The notes beneath the pieces were generated by a model, which was not told where the DNA came from, did not search any database, and saw only the letters and a program-made list of their open reading frames with translations. From the NCBI GenBank assembly GCA_029261065.1, contig JAJDCB010000011.1, positions 47,168-111,167 of the forward strand: a stretch of DNA of 64,000 bases, written 5' to 3'. The stretch comes from Candidatus Omnitrophota bacterium. GTDB taxonomy: Bacteria > Omnitrophota > Gorgyraeia > Zapsychrales > Zapsychraceae. Below are positions 27,501 to 39,500 of this stretch, one piece after another. Numbering within the stretch: the first letter of the stretch is position 1; every line of letters begins with the position of its first letter. Position numbers and translations under genes: made by a program.

Positions 27501-30500
27501 TAGTGCGAGAACAAAGTTTAAATATATTGTTCCATCACAAAATATAATGGAAGTGGATGCGTCGCACCTAATGTACCAAGATTCATCAACATCAAAGATC
27601 GTTCTATATTTAGCGACATTACAAGATGCCCTGACTATGCTTGAAAGGCTGGCTCGGGAACCTGCATTGCAAACCATTAAATCAATGGGTTCCCTTACCA
27701 ACACATTAAGTTTTAATCACCTCATATCTGTTTCAGGGACACAAAGGGAAATATTTACTCTGAATCAGCCGTATAGCGATAACGTTCTCAATTTTGTTGA
27801 TCCGAAAACGGGACAAGGTAAGTACATCTGGACAGTTTATGCGGGATTTGAACGCACTCAAGAGTTAATTGAGCCGCTGAAGGAATTAAAGGAAAGGCTT
27901 GGAATACAAAATGATGCAAGTTCAGCAATAATAAAAAGTGACAGGCACCAATTAAGCTCACCCATGAGCGGGAATCGAAATAAAGGGGTGCCTGTTACGG
28001 ATTATTACACTTCAGCTGTGTCAACAGAACAAACTTCTGATATTGATATATGGTCTCTACAATGGAAGGGCGGGCCTAGGTCAATTTGGGGTGACGATAG
28101 TTTGAATTTAGCAAAGCTTATTACTCATGATTTAAATACTTTTTTTGAATCAATTAGGTTAAGTAATCGTCAATCATTAATTCTAGATGTAGGGACGGGA
28201 GCAGGAAAAGTTATTGAGGTGGCTTTACAGGTTTATAGACGGTTTAGAATACATGGCATTGATTATGCAGAAGTTAACCCTGATAATTATTCTCAACTAT
28301 TTCCAGCGTACTTTTACCGTATGTCCGCAGAAGCCTTAGCATTTAAGCAGAACACCTTTAGGTATTTAGTTAGTGCGTTTGCTTTGGAATATATGGACAT
28401 ACCAAAGGCTCTTCAGGAGTCTTACAGAGTCGCAGTTCCTGGAGCTGAGGTGCAATTATATCTACATCATCCTCTATCAGAAGTTGTGGAATATTCAGAG
28501 TTACTTCGAATCAGGGTTGAACGTATGCATCGCAACAATATTTTTGGACATGCAAGAAAGTATATAAATACACCTAGCACTAAAAACAAAAAGAATTTAA
28601 TTGGAGCTTATAATAAAATTGCAGGTAAGCGATTAGATGGTTCTTTAGATTATTTTAGAGCGTTGGTAGAAGGTCCATTAATGATACAGGAAACACGAGA
28701 AGATTTATTGGATGTGTTATTAATTAAAGAGAAGGGATTTAATATAGACTTGATAAGATCTAATTTAACCCTTGATGCGGCAAAGAAAATTCCATCTCAA
28801 GTCAAAGAACTAACAGAGTTACTTTCACAATCAGGATTTGTGGCAACCCGTAGAGAAGTTCTTTATATGGAAGGAAAAATATTTGGCTGGGCTGTGAATT
28901 TATATAAACCTACTTCCAGCCCAGTCAAAGAAGTAAGTCACGATGAAGTTTATGAACGAATCCTTACAGAGAGTTTCAGACATTATTCAGGTGTTTCATC
29001 TCATAGTGTGAGAAGAGCGATTGATTATTTACATACTCAGCGCGAATATCCTAAAACACAATTAATAACAATTAATCAGTTTTCAAAATCTAAACAAAAG
29101 ATGTTATTGAAGGCTATTCGTTACAGAGAACCTACCTTAATACAGAACCTAAAACATTTAAAGCCATCTTCACCTATTCATGACTTGGATAATAATATTT
29201 TAAAACGACCTCTATCTTTCTTGTTCTCAAAACTAAAATACTACAGAGCCCTCTCTATGATTAAAGGTTATAAATCCGCGTATGAACCTAATGATATTAA
29301 CAAAGCTTTACTGCACTTCTTCCCATTGTCTTACAAAATAGTTATCGCAACATCTTTGGAAGATTGGGAGCTTGTCTTAGAAAAATACAAGATAGAGGAC
29401 AGAGAGGTGGCTGGGTTTGTTGATTTAAAATTAAAAGTGTTGGCCATATATAAAGGTGGGCTAGATCAAAATAGTTATTTAACGCATGAGCTTCTTCACG
29501 TCATTCGGCTTTATGAACTTAGGCGTCGAATTCCGGATATTCGTAGTTATACACTTTTACATGCAAGTTTAAGAAATTATCCAGAGGTGTTAGAGAAGTT
29601 TATGGTGGTAATGGAAGAAATTTCGATTTCTTATTTTTCTGAAAAACCTGATTATGTATATTTGAAGTTTGAAGTTATTGAAGAGCTCCTTGTTTGGTTA
29701 ATGACAGAGATGTATTACTTTGATCAGGAAGACATGGAGTTAACAAACAAAGAACAACAGTTTTTTGTTCTGAGTGGAAAAGGAGCACGTATTCTGGCAG
29801 CAACGAAAGATTTAATTAGCCTGTTTCCCGATTCGAGTAAGGAATTATTTATTGATTATCTGTCAACGAACGGTTTTCCTCTTCCTCAAAATTCCACGTT
29901 AAAGATAAACTCTTCACCCCTTAAAACATTGACAGTATCTCAACCTGACCCTAGGTCTGTTCTACAAAATACTTCTAGTCCAATATCAAATGTTCAAAAT
30001 CAAAATGAAGTCAATCAAGATGATTTGAATGAAGAAATGGATTCTTTCTTTACTTTGATTTTCTCGAAATCATTTCAAAAAGTGACAATCTTTATTGTAG
30101 GTATGGGTTTAATAACAACAGGATTCTTGTGGGCATTTTATCCAACGGCAATACAGGTAGATTTGATTGCAAATTTTGTATTCTTTTTAGGAATGCTAAT
30201 CATTGCGGCTAGTTACTACTTAGGGGATATTTTTAAGAAAACTACTTCAATAACCCAGATGTTATTGTCAGGAAAGAAATTATCAGCGAATGATGCGTTG
30301 CGAGAATATCTAGATTATTCGTTTCATTTAGTACTTTATGCCGTTCCTTTTAATTTATTATATTTATTTATTTTAGATCCAACTAGAGCGCTTGTTGAGT
30401 GGACGTTCATTATTGTGATTGTTGTTAAACTTCTAACTTCCTTCTTAGATCAAAATAGGTTTTTCACTTATTCCTACAGTAAACGAATGAAAAATAGTTT

Positions 30501-33500
30501 AAATCAAGTTATTAAATTATTTAAAAAAGCCCTTGAAACAAAAGATTCAGATTTGCTAACAAAGGCAATTGTAATATTACAAAGAGAACGTTTAATTATA
30601 GAAAACGAAATAGAAAATATTAATAAAGGTCTTCTAAAAAACGTATTTGGTCATGCGATAGTGCATAGTGTGCGAGCCTTAATTAATCTAACAACAATCC
30701 GTGCTGTTACAGTAATTGTTACAGAAGCATATAAAAATATAAATGGGGGCAATATTAATAGTCGGGAAGCAAAAAAAATTGTAACCCTTTTAAAGGAACA
30801 TAGAAATGTATTCTATACAGAAGGTACATATAACATATCAAAGCTTAGTGAAGAGATATTTAAAAAGGAAGTTTCTGATTTGGTCGCAGAATATGAATCT
30901 TTAATTCTTAATAAACCTTCTACGCTATTAAAATTAAAGAGGCTACTACTCTGGGGTTATAAGGCAATAATTAGAACTAAAATTTTATTGGGATTGCAAA
31001 CTAGAGAAGGGAAACGCGAATTAGGAGCAAATAGAAAAGTCGTTAGTACAATTTTAAAAAATTATTTAAAGGCAAAGAGGAACTTAACAGATGAGGTTAT
31101 TAATTTTAGATCGTATGATGATCGAATAATAGACACAAATATGGAAACATTATATGAGATTTTTAATTTAATAAGTCTTGGGTATACAAAAATATCTTCT
31201 AGTGAACACGGCGATTTTGTGGATATAGAAAATAAGGCTAACGTCAGTATATTCGGGTCTACAAGTAATGATTATTTAACAGTACTTGAAGAGGGATCAA
31301 AAATTAAAGGTGTTAATTTTATACTTGCTAAACGAATCGATAATGGAGCATACAATGATCGTCGTATTCTAACAATTTCAAATGGTTTAATGCTTCATCA
31401 TAGACAGGCATCATTTATAAATTTCAAAGAACCTGTAACCGTGCATTATGTGTATCGACCTACTAAATCTATACAAGGCACAGTTGTTCCAACGCCGTCT
31501 ATTCCATATATTGATAGCCCTATTACAGGTAAATTTAATTCGCTGTCATTTATAAAGAAAAATGGATTATTTGTGCCGCATTCTTCATTGTATAGAGTTG
31601 ATGAAAGCGAAAATTCTGATATGGAATTATTTTTAGGTAGATTATATCAACAGATTTCAGAAAGTTATAGTCGGCAAATTGTAATCAAACCAGATCTTGG
31701 AGATAATGGGCGAGATGTAAATATTATTAATGAAAAAATGCTTGGGGATCATGAGGCAATTGAAATAATATCTGACATGATTAAAGAAAGAAAGGAAGCG
31801 TTTCTAATTCAAGAACGAATCATACCACCATTTATCATAAAAGATGGAGAGAAGAATAATTGGAATTTAAGGGTGTTTGTTGTGTTAGATAAAAATGATG
31901 AGCCTGTTGTAAGACGAGAGGGTGTTGTTGTTCGTTATGGTAAGTCTGGTGGAGCGATCAATATTGGTAAGGGTGCAAAAGTTTTATTATTTGATGAATT
32001 AGCCTATTGGTTAAATTTATCTTCAGAAACAATGGATAATTTATTCGATCATGTTCAAAGAGCGGCTGTTAAGACATATCTTTTATTTGATAAGTATTTT
32101 AAAGAGAACGAATCTTCGAAACCAGGACAAAGATTTGCAGATCTTTTTGGGTTAGATGACATATTTAAAGAAGGTGATGAGACTTTAGAATTGGAACCAT
32201 ATGCGATGGAAATTCAAGGTAGCGGAGGAATTGGAATGGGGGATCTTGATGAGCATATTAAGACCGATGAACTAAGAGTTTCATCAACTTCAGATAATTT
32301 GATTGGCGCATCCGTTCGTGATTTTGTTGCAACCGCAGCAAGAAGAGCCAATGTTTACAAAGCTGAATTAGAAAGTACTTCTTCTCCGATAAAAACAAAT
32401 CTGGGCGTTAGTCTTAGCGAATATACAAAAGTTAAACACCAACGTACACTGTCCCGACCTGATCCTAGGTCTTTCTTGATTGCAGATATCATAAACAAAA
32501 ATGCTTTTGTGGCAGGGCGGGAATCTAGTCCAATTGCCCTATTTAGATTCATCCAGCATTCTTTCCATCAACCACATCCGAATCATGGTCAGATAGCCGA
32601 TGCCTTTGCGATGAGCGATGATTTTAAGGCGTTGAATGTGATCTTCTTCAAGTCGCATCGAGACGAGGCGTTTTTTGGGTTTGGGGAATTTGATGTTTTT
32701 AACTTCTTTAAGAGTGCCTTCGTATTCAATCAACGAGTGCGTTTCCCAGAAACGAACTTCTTGCGCTTCCGTCCGGAATTTAGGAATACGTTTACTTTTC
32801 TTTTTCATGATCTATCTCCTCAAGTATCTTTGCCGTTCTCGTTGATCCATATCGCGAGCCGTTATAACACGGGCAAAGGTGCGTCCTCTAGGAATGACAA
32901 CCACCATCAAATAGCGGCCGCTACGAGTTTGGCCCAAAATGTAATATCGACCCCGTGGGCCTTTAAGAAGAAGAGGTTGAGTAAAACAAGCCACTTCGAC
33001 TTCATCCAAGGTAATTCCATGCTTGGCAATATGGGAAATATTTTGGGCATCCCAATAAAAATGCGTGAATCTCAAAGGATCTTTCCTTCCCTAAAAGTAT
33101 ATATGTATATACAAAAGATGTCAAGTTGGGCAAGGTTATTGGGTAAGATTTTGACTGTTATTAGGGTTAATGATGTTATTTGGACGAAAATGATAGGGGC
33201 AGGAAAAGGGCAGAACGATTTCACTTTCTACAGAAATAACTATATAGTAAATTTTAAAATTGTTCAAGGTCAGGATGGAAGAGATTATGGGATCAGAAAA
33301 TTTGAACAAAAAATAGAAAATTTCGTTCAAGTCTCTAACCCAATCATTGAAAGAGCCCAACAAAATGATCACCATTCGCGTGAGCTTAGTATATTTGATG
33401 GAAACTTGGATAGAGCAATCGCACAAAAATTTACGATTTATCCCAATGCTCCCAATAGCCGGATAAAATTAATTTCTTCCCACCAAGCATCCCCTGTAAA

Positions 33501-36500
33501 AGATAGTCGGACATCAGTTTATTTAAAGCGTTTGTTATTATCCAAATATGTAAGGAATGTATTTGCTTTTATGATGGGAATATCTTTGTATGGATTGAGG
33601 ACAAGCAGGTCCTGGTCACCGGTTACAATGATATTGGCTTTGCTGATTATTGCGGTTTCTAGAATTTCATTGTCTTTGGGATCACGGCAGATATTTATTT
33701 TGGATTTCGTTTTAACAAATGTCGCGTGGGATAGAAGAAGATGGGTGATGGTTTCAATGGTATCAGTGGAGATGAGGGACTTGAATTTCTTGCGTCTAAT
33801 AACACAACAATATTCTTCGAAGAGTGTTTCAGATAGGCATAATTCAAAAAGTGAAGCTTCAAGGGCTAGTAGAATTTTGCGGCAGGTTGAACTACCTAAT
33901 AGTCCAGAAACAATAATATTTGTGTCAACGACGACCCTCATAAAATTCCTTGCGGGCCATATCAATCTCTTTAGAGATGTCTTTTATCGAAATCTTTTTA
34001 GCCTTACGTTTGTTATCAATATCTTTAAAAATTTTGCAGAGTCGAGGTTTGAGAGTATCTTTTTCAAGTTCTCTAACCAACTTAGTTCTTTCAACTATCG
34101 AAAGTTGATTAATCGCTCTTTTGAGTTGGGCATAGTTTATTTCAATTTTAACCATATCAGCTATCTCCTTTTTGTAAGATATTCTAGATATAACACCAAT
34201 TCCTTATTAAGTCAAACTGATTCCAGGGAAAAAATGGTGTTAGAAGTCGGTATCACGTTGGTACCTATAATTTTACACATTAATTTAGTGAAGCAATCTG
34301 AATTAAAGCTTATCTTGTTGATGTCACATATGTTAGCGTCTTCTGATACCAATATCTTCTCGGTTCAATTGCGGAGTGCTTCCTCCTCAGCTAAAGGATT
34401 AATGACCTTAGGTGTCACATTATCCGATGAAAATATGGTTTATGTATATGCGTATGCGGGGCAGTGGAAACAAGTAAAAGCTATAGGAGAAAAAGCTTTG
34501 CCAGCTCTGCGTCTTTTATTAAAGGATTCAGATGATAAGTTTCGAGAGAGCGTGGAAGAAATGCTTATTAAATTTAAAGATCAAGATGAAACGACGGTGA
34601 AGCATTTTATTGATCAAGTTAGGAACGAAAAAAGTGTCAGGGCAGTGACAGCTCTTGGTACACTTGCTCATCCTATGGCTGTTGAAGTTTTGTTAGAGAT
34701 GATTGTGCCGTATATTAAGGATCATTTTTCAAGTTCATATGCTGAGGTTTTGGATAAAACAGTATTCTTTTATAGATATCATTATGGTATTCATGGAGCA
34801 AGTATTCAGGTTCTTCAGGAAATTGGGCCTAATGCGATTGAGGAATTTCTTAAGATCATTGAGAAAACACAGATCGAATGGGAAACAAAGAAAAATGTGC
34901 GACCTATCTCTCGGTTTATGATCGCTACAGCTCTTGAATATATTGGAAAGTTTGGGCTCTCGGCCAAGGATGACGTTATTATCACGAAAATTTTACCGGT
35001 TTTGGTTAAGTTTTTAAATAATGAAAGTCCTGTGGTCGCTCATACGGCTAATCAAGTTGTCCATACATTGGCTAGTAAGGCCGCGCCGATGACACAAGAG
35101 GCCAATGATCATTTGGCTCATAGATTGCAGCAAGAAAACATTGTTGGTCTTATAGGTCCAGCCAATGCGTATGATGCGTTTAGACAAGTGGAACATATCC
35201 AAGGCCAGGGCGCGCAGTTTGTTTATGCTTTTAGAATGTCTAAGCTTAGATTTGACAGTGACAAAGAAGATGTTGCTTTATTGTTGTATTCCGCGCTCGT
35301 GTTTGAGCATGATCAATTGCGATACGTTCAATTTGATCAACCCGTTCGATTACATCAAGTTTTTTATGTTAATCATGAGGGGATACAAAATGTTGATTAT
35401 AAAGTTCTCTATGCTGCTTATGAAAGCCTTGATATTGATTTAGGAAGTTTGGTCTATGAAAGACAAAAAGGATTCAAACATTTTCAAAGAGTGATTCGTT
35501 TACGACAATATCGCCAGCAATATAGGGATTCAGTTGTTCAATATGTTGTTGAGTTTCAAAACAAATTATTTGTTTATTTTATTGGAGAGTATTTTGAAAA
35601 GAGTGAAGAAAATCTTTTGAAGTATTTTGAAGAGTTAAGAGCGATGTCTATGCGCAAGGAGGATTTAGAAAGAGAATTAGAAGAATTTAGTCTTTATTCT
35701 TTAGAGAAACGTATTAGCAAGGGTAATTATGGCTCTTCACCAATAAAGAAAGAAAACACTCTAGACGCAACCCCTGGCAGGACAAATCGACAATATTCTC
35801 GCAAAACATCCAGCCCAATGGTGCGTTCATTTGGAACGATGACATATTCTGTGGATGCGAGCTTTGTGAATATTGTTCTTGAAAAGCAAGGTGATAGGAG
35901 AGAGAGTCGAATTTTTAGACCAAGATTTATGGCTTTTTCGGCTGGTAAAAATCCTCAATATGAGGAGTTTATAAATATGCCATATCAAGACGCCCAACGA
36001 AATGCTATTTGGAAAAAATTGGCACCGCACATTTCTCAGAGTCGTATGGTTACAGTGTTTGAAGAATTATTAAGCAACGCGTATCAATCCATTTTAGAGG
36101 CAAAGAGAGAGCCAGGAACAATTGAGGTGAGTTTTTATATGAATGATAACGATCTTGGCATAGATTTTAAAGATGATGGCGTAGGGATTGCTGATTTAGA
36201 TGTGGATCGGATGTTTAAACGTAATGAAACAACGAGAGGCTTTATGCCTCAGGATCCTAGTGGGGGGAGAAGAACTCTTACTTATGATCAAACACATAGA
36301 AGTGGAGAAGGCTTAACTCTGAGTCGACATTTTATTGAAGGAACACTAAAAGGAACGTTACATGCTTTGAATAATCCGGAAGGTCAGGGATCTATTTTTA
36401 GAATTAATTTTCCTGTGACACAATCTTCAGCGATTTTCGAAGCATTAGAAGGTAGTAAGAAACAATTAGAAGTCGATAACCTTTCATCCAGCGCTGTCAT

Positions 36501-39500
36501 TGAAGATCAGAATTATGATGATAGCATTCGTCGGCAAATAGAAAACCGTGATGGTTTGAATCGTTTGTTGGATAGAGGGCTTGGCATAGATGTCAAAGAT
36601 ATTGAGTTGTTGTTGGTTGTAACGGAATTTTTAGGGCTTGTTAACATGTCTTATGGGTTATTCGGTGAATATTCATCTGATAAAGCCAGGAAACACATCC
36701 TTAACGCGAATCATGAAAACCAACTGGTTATGTTAATTAGATACATGCGTCTTAAGGCTGGTTTAATAAAAGTAGATCGAGAGGCCCGGATGTTTCGCGA
36801 AAGCGATTTTAAAGATTCTATATTTATTTTTATTTTTAAATTAATAAAAACGATTAAATCCACTAACCTTAATAAAGAATATTACCGCGTAGATCATCCT
36901 ACCCACATAACTTTTGGCACAGATCAATTAGGCCTTCTCTTTAAAGATCCAAAGATAACAGAAGTCGATTTTGTTTATGACCCAGCGAGCTTCTTAGTTA
37001 TAACAGTGCACAGCCAAGTGAGCAGTCTGCCGATATTTACTAAAGGTGGATTAAGGTACAAAGTGATTCGTAAAAGGGGTGAACGCAACAGTCTTATTCT
37101 AGAAGTATTCAAGGAGGTTGTTGATCTGGCCCAAGCGCAGCGGAATAAAAATATTATTGCGGGACTTCCTTATGGAGGAGGAAAAAGCATTATTTTATTA
37201 ACGCGTGATGATGCCAACAAGACACTCGCGTTACGCAGGTGGGCTGAGATATTAGTTGATAGTGGCATGGCTGCAAAATATGTTGCAGGCCCTGATATGA
37301 ATATGGTTCCAGCAGACATGCAGATGATAGCGGATACGATACGAGTTCGTTATTTGGAACGACTTACCGAAGAATTTAATTCTGTTAAGGCATCGGGACA
37401 TTTTAATTATTTAGTGGAAGCCCAAGATTCCATTCAAGCCGTGGACAGGCTTAACAGAAAGCTTGCCCAGTTTTCATATTCAAATGATTGGACGATGCAA
37501 TTATTGCGTAGAGTGGTTGTTGATGATATTAGAAAACGACAAGATTTAACGCTTTGGAATTTTTCAGAAGAGTTAATCAATGATATTTATAAAGTCATTG
37601 GTGCCGGTGTGACAGGAGGTTTGCAGTCAGAAGGAGCGTTGGCACATACGACACTTGCTGTGACGGGTTGGGGAACATTCATTGCTATTGAAAAGTTTAG
37701 AGAGCGCTTAGATGTTGAGCCATCTACCATGAAAATTTCTGTCATGGGAGCGGGAGATGTGGGGGGATCTTTAGCTTTATTTCTTACAATGCGTGGATAT
37801 AAGGTCATAGCACTTTCAGATTATTATGGAATGGTGTACAACGCAGAAGGTTTTAAACAGAGTGAATTGCAAAGATTACAAAATTTGGATCCGTTGTTGA
37901 GAAATCTTCAGGAATTTCATCGTGCAGGGCATATTACAGGTGTTTTTATTGCAGATAAAACGTCTATCCTGGATATTCAATCAGACGTCCTAGCACCGGC
38001 GGCTGTTGGTTATGTTATTAACAAGGACACCATCCAAAGAGTAAAAGATTCGGGTATCAAAGCGGTTATTGAAGGGGCGAACAATTCCTTTATTGATTTT
38101 GAAAGGCCGTTGGCCCAAGCGCATCCGAGTATTGTCGGTCTGGTAGGAACGACGGTGAATTTCGGTGGTGTCTTTACCTCCTACATGCAGGATCTTTATA
38201 CAAGGGCCTTAACGAAAGAAGAGATGCAGGCTGTTTCTATTTTCTCGCATGGAGAAAAAGTGACCTCAACGGTGGCAAGGCGATTAATTAGAGAATTTAA
38301 TATTAGCGGCAGCAAGGCGCGATTACGGACTGTGGATGATGAAATTACTGAAATCATAGAAGATGGTGTGGTGAATGGTGATGGTCAACTAGCAACTGAA
38401 ATTTATCCCGTAGGTACAAAACTAGATGTTGTTTTTAACCGAGATATTAGGGAATACCAATTGTTTATCATCGGTCGGATGATGGGTGGTGTTAATAAAG
38501 AAACTTATATTCGTAAACTTGCTTATGAGACTTTAGAAGGAAAAATTATTTATGTTGTTCTTGAGGGAGCAAGGGTGGGTTGGTTTGAGAATAACAATCA
38601 TAGGATATTAATGTCTAAAACACATCCGTATGAATTGTTAAAGCAAATCGCGGTAAAAGTAAAAGATAAAGAGGATCATGTTTTTAATATCTCTTCGCAA
38701 GACGATTCCTGGGGTGAGGTGTTTATGCATCAGATTTCTAAGAAACTTTATGAAAATATTTACCAGTTGTCCTATATGTTAAACGCTTTTGTCTTGGCCA
38801 TCTCTGATAAAACACATACACCGAAAGATATTACAGAGGCTTTAACTGTAGTTTTAGAGAATAAGAAAAAAGAAATTTACACGGAATATCACAATTCTTA
38901 TGGTTTAAGGAATTGGCAAAGGGATATAACGGAATATGGTGATCAGTTTGGGCTCGACTTATCGTTATTGCCTAAAGAGGTGGCATTGCATATTTTATCA
39001 AGTAAAGAAGCTTTACATCACACGATCAACCATGACACGCAGGATGATATTATCCAAGCGAAGCATCCGATAACGGGTGTATCTTTAGTAATTAACGCGA
39101 GAAGGGCCAAAGTGATTGCATCTTCACCGCTAGATAAAAATTTACAACCTGACAATGAATATGAAATGAGTTTTCTAGAATGGAATTTTGAACAAGAAGC
39201 TTATGGTCGAATTGTTTTTCAACACCTCTCAGATGGTGTTATAAAAGCCATTACACAAAAACAAAAAATTCACCGTATTCTTTTTGTTGGTACATGGCAA
39301 GCTGATGAAATGGTTCGGGCTTATCAAATCATGAAGGAAAAAGGAGAGACAAGTATAATCTTTGGGGTAGATGTATTCTACAATTTTGAATCTGCGCTCC
39401 GAGGCGCCAGAGAAAATCTCAGTAAAAACGCTGAAGATGTTATCTTAATCCATTCAAATGTTAAGGACATGAAGGGTATAACTTTTGATGAGATTTATGT

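Noticed and set aside
32400-34300. Treating the TA-dense region 32.4-34.3 kb as an intergenic island separating two genes
   Set aside because: Frame 1 was read codon by codon across this whole span and stays open. The upstream and downstream coding sequence is in the same frame, so the cassettes are nested inside the ORF rather than between two genes.
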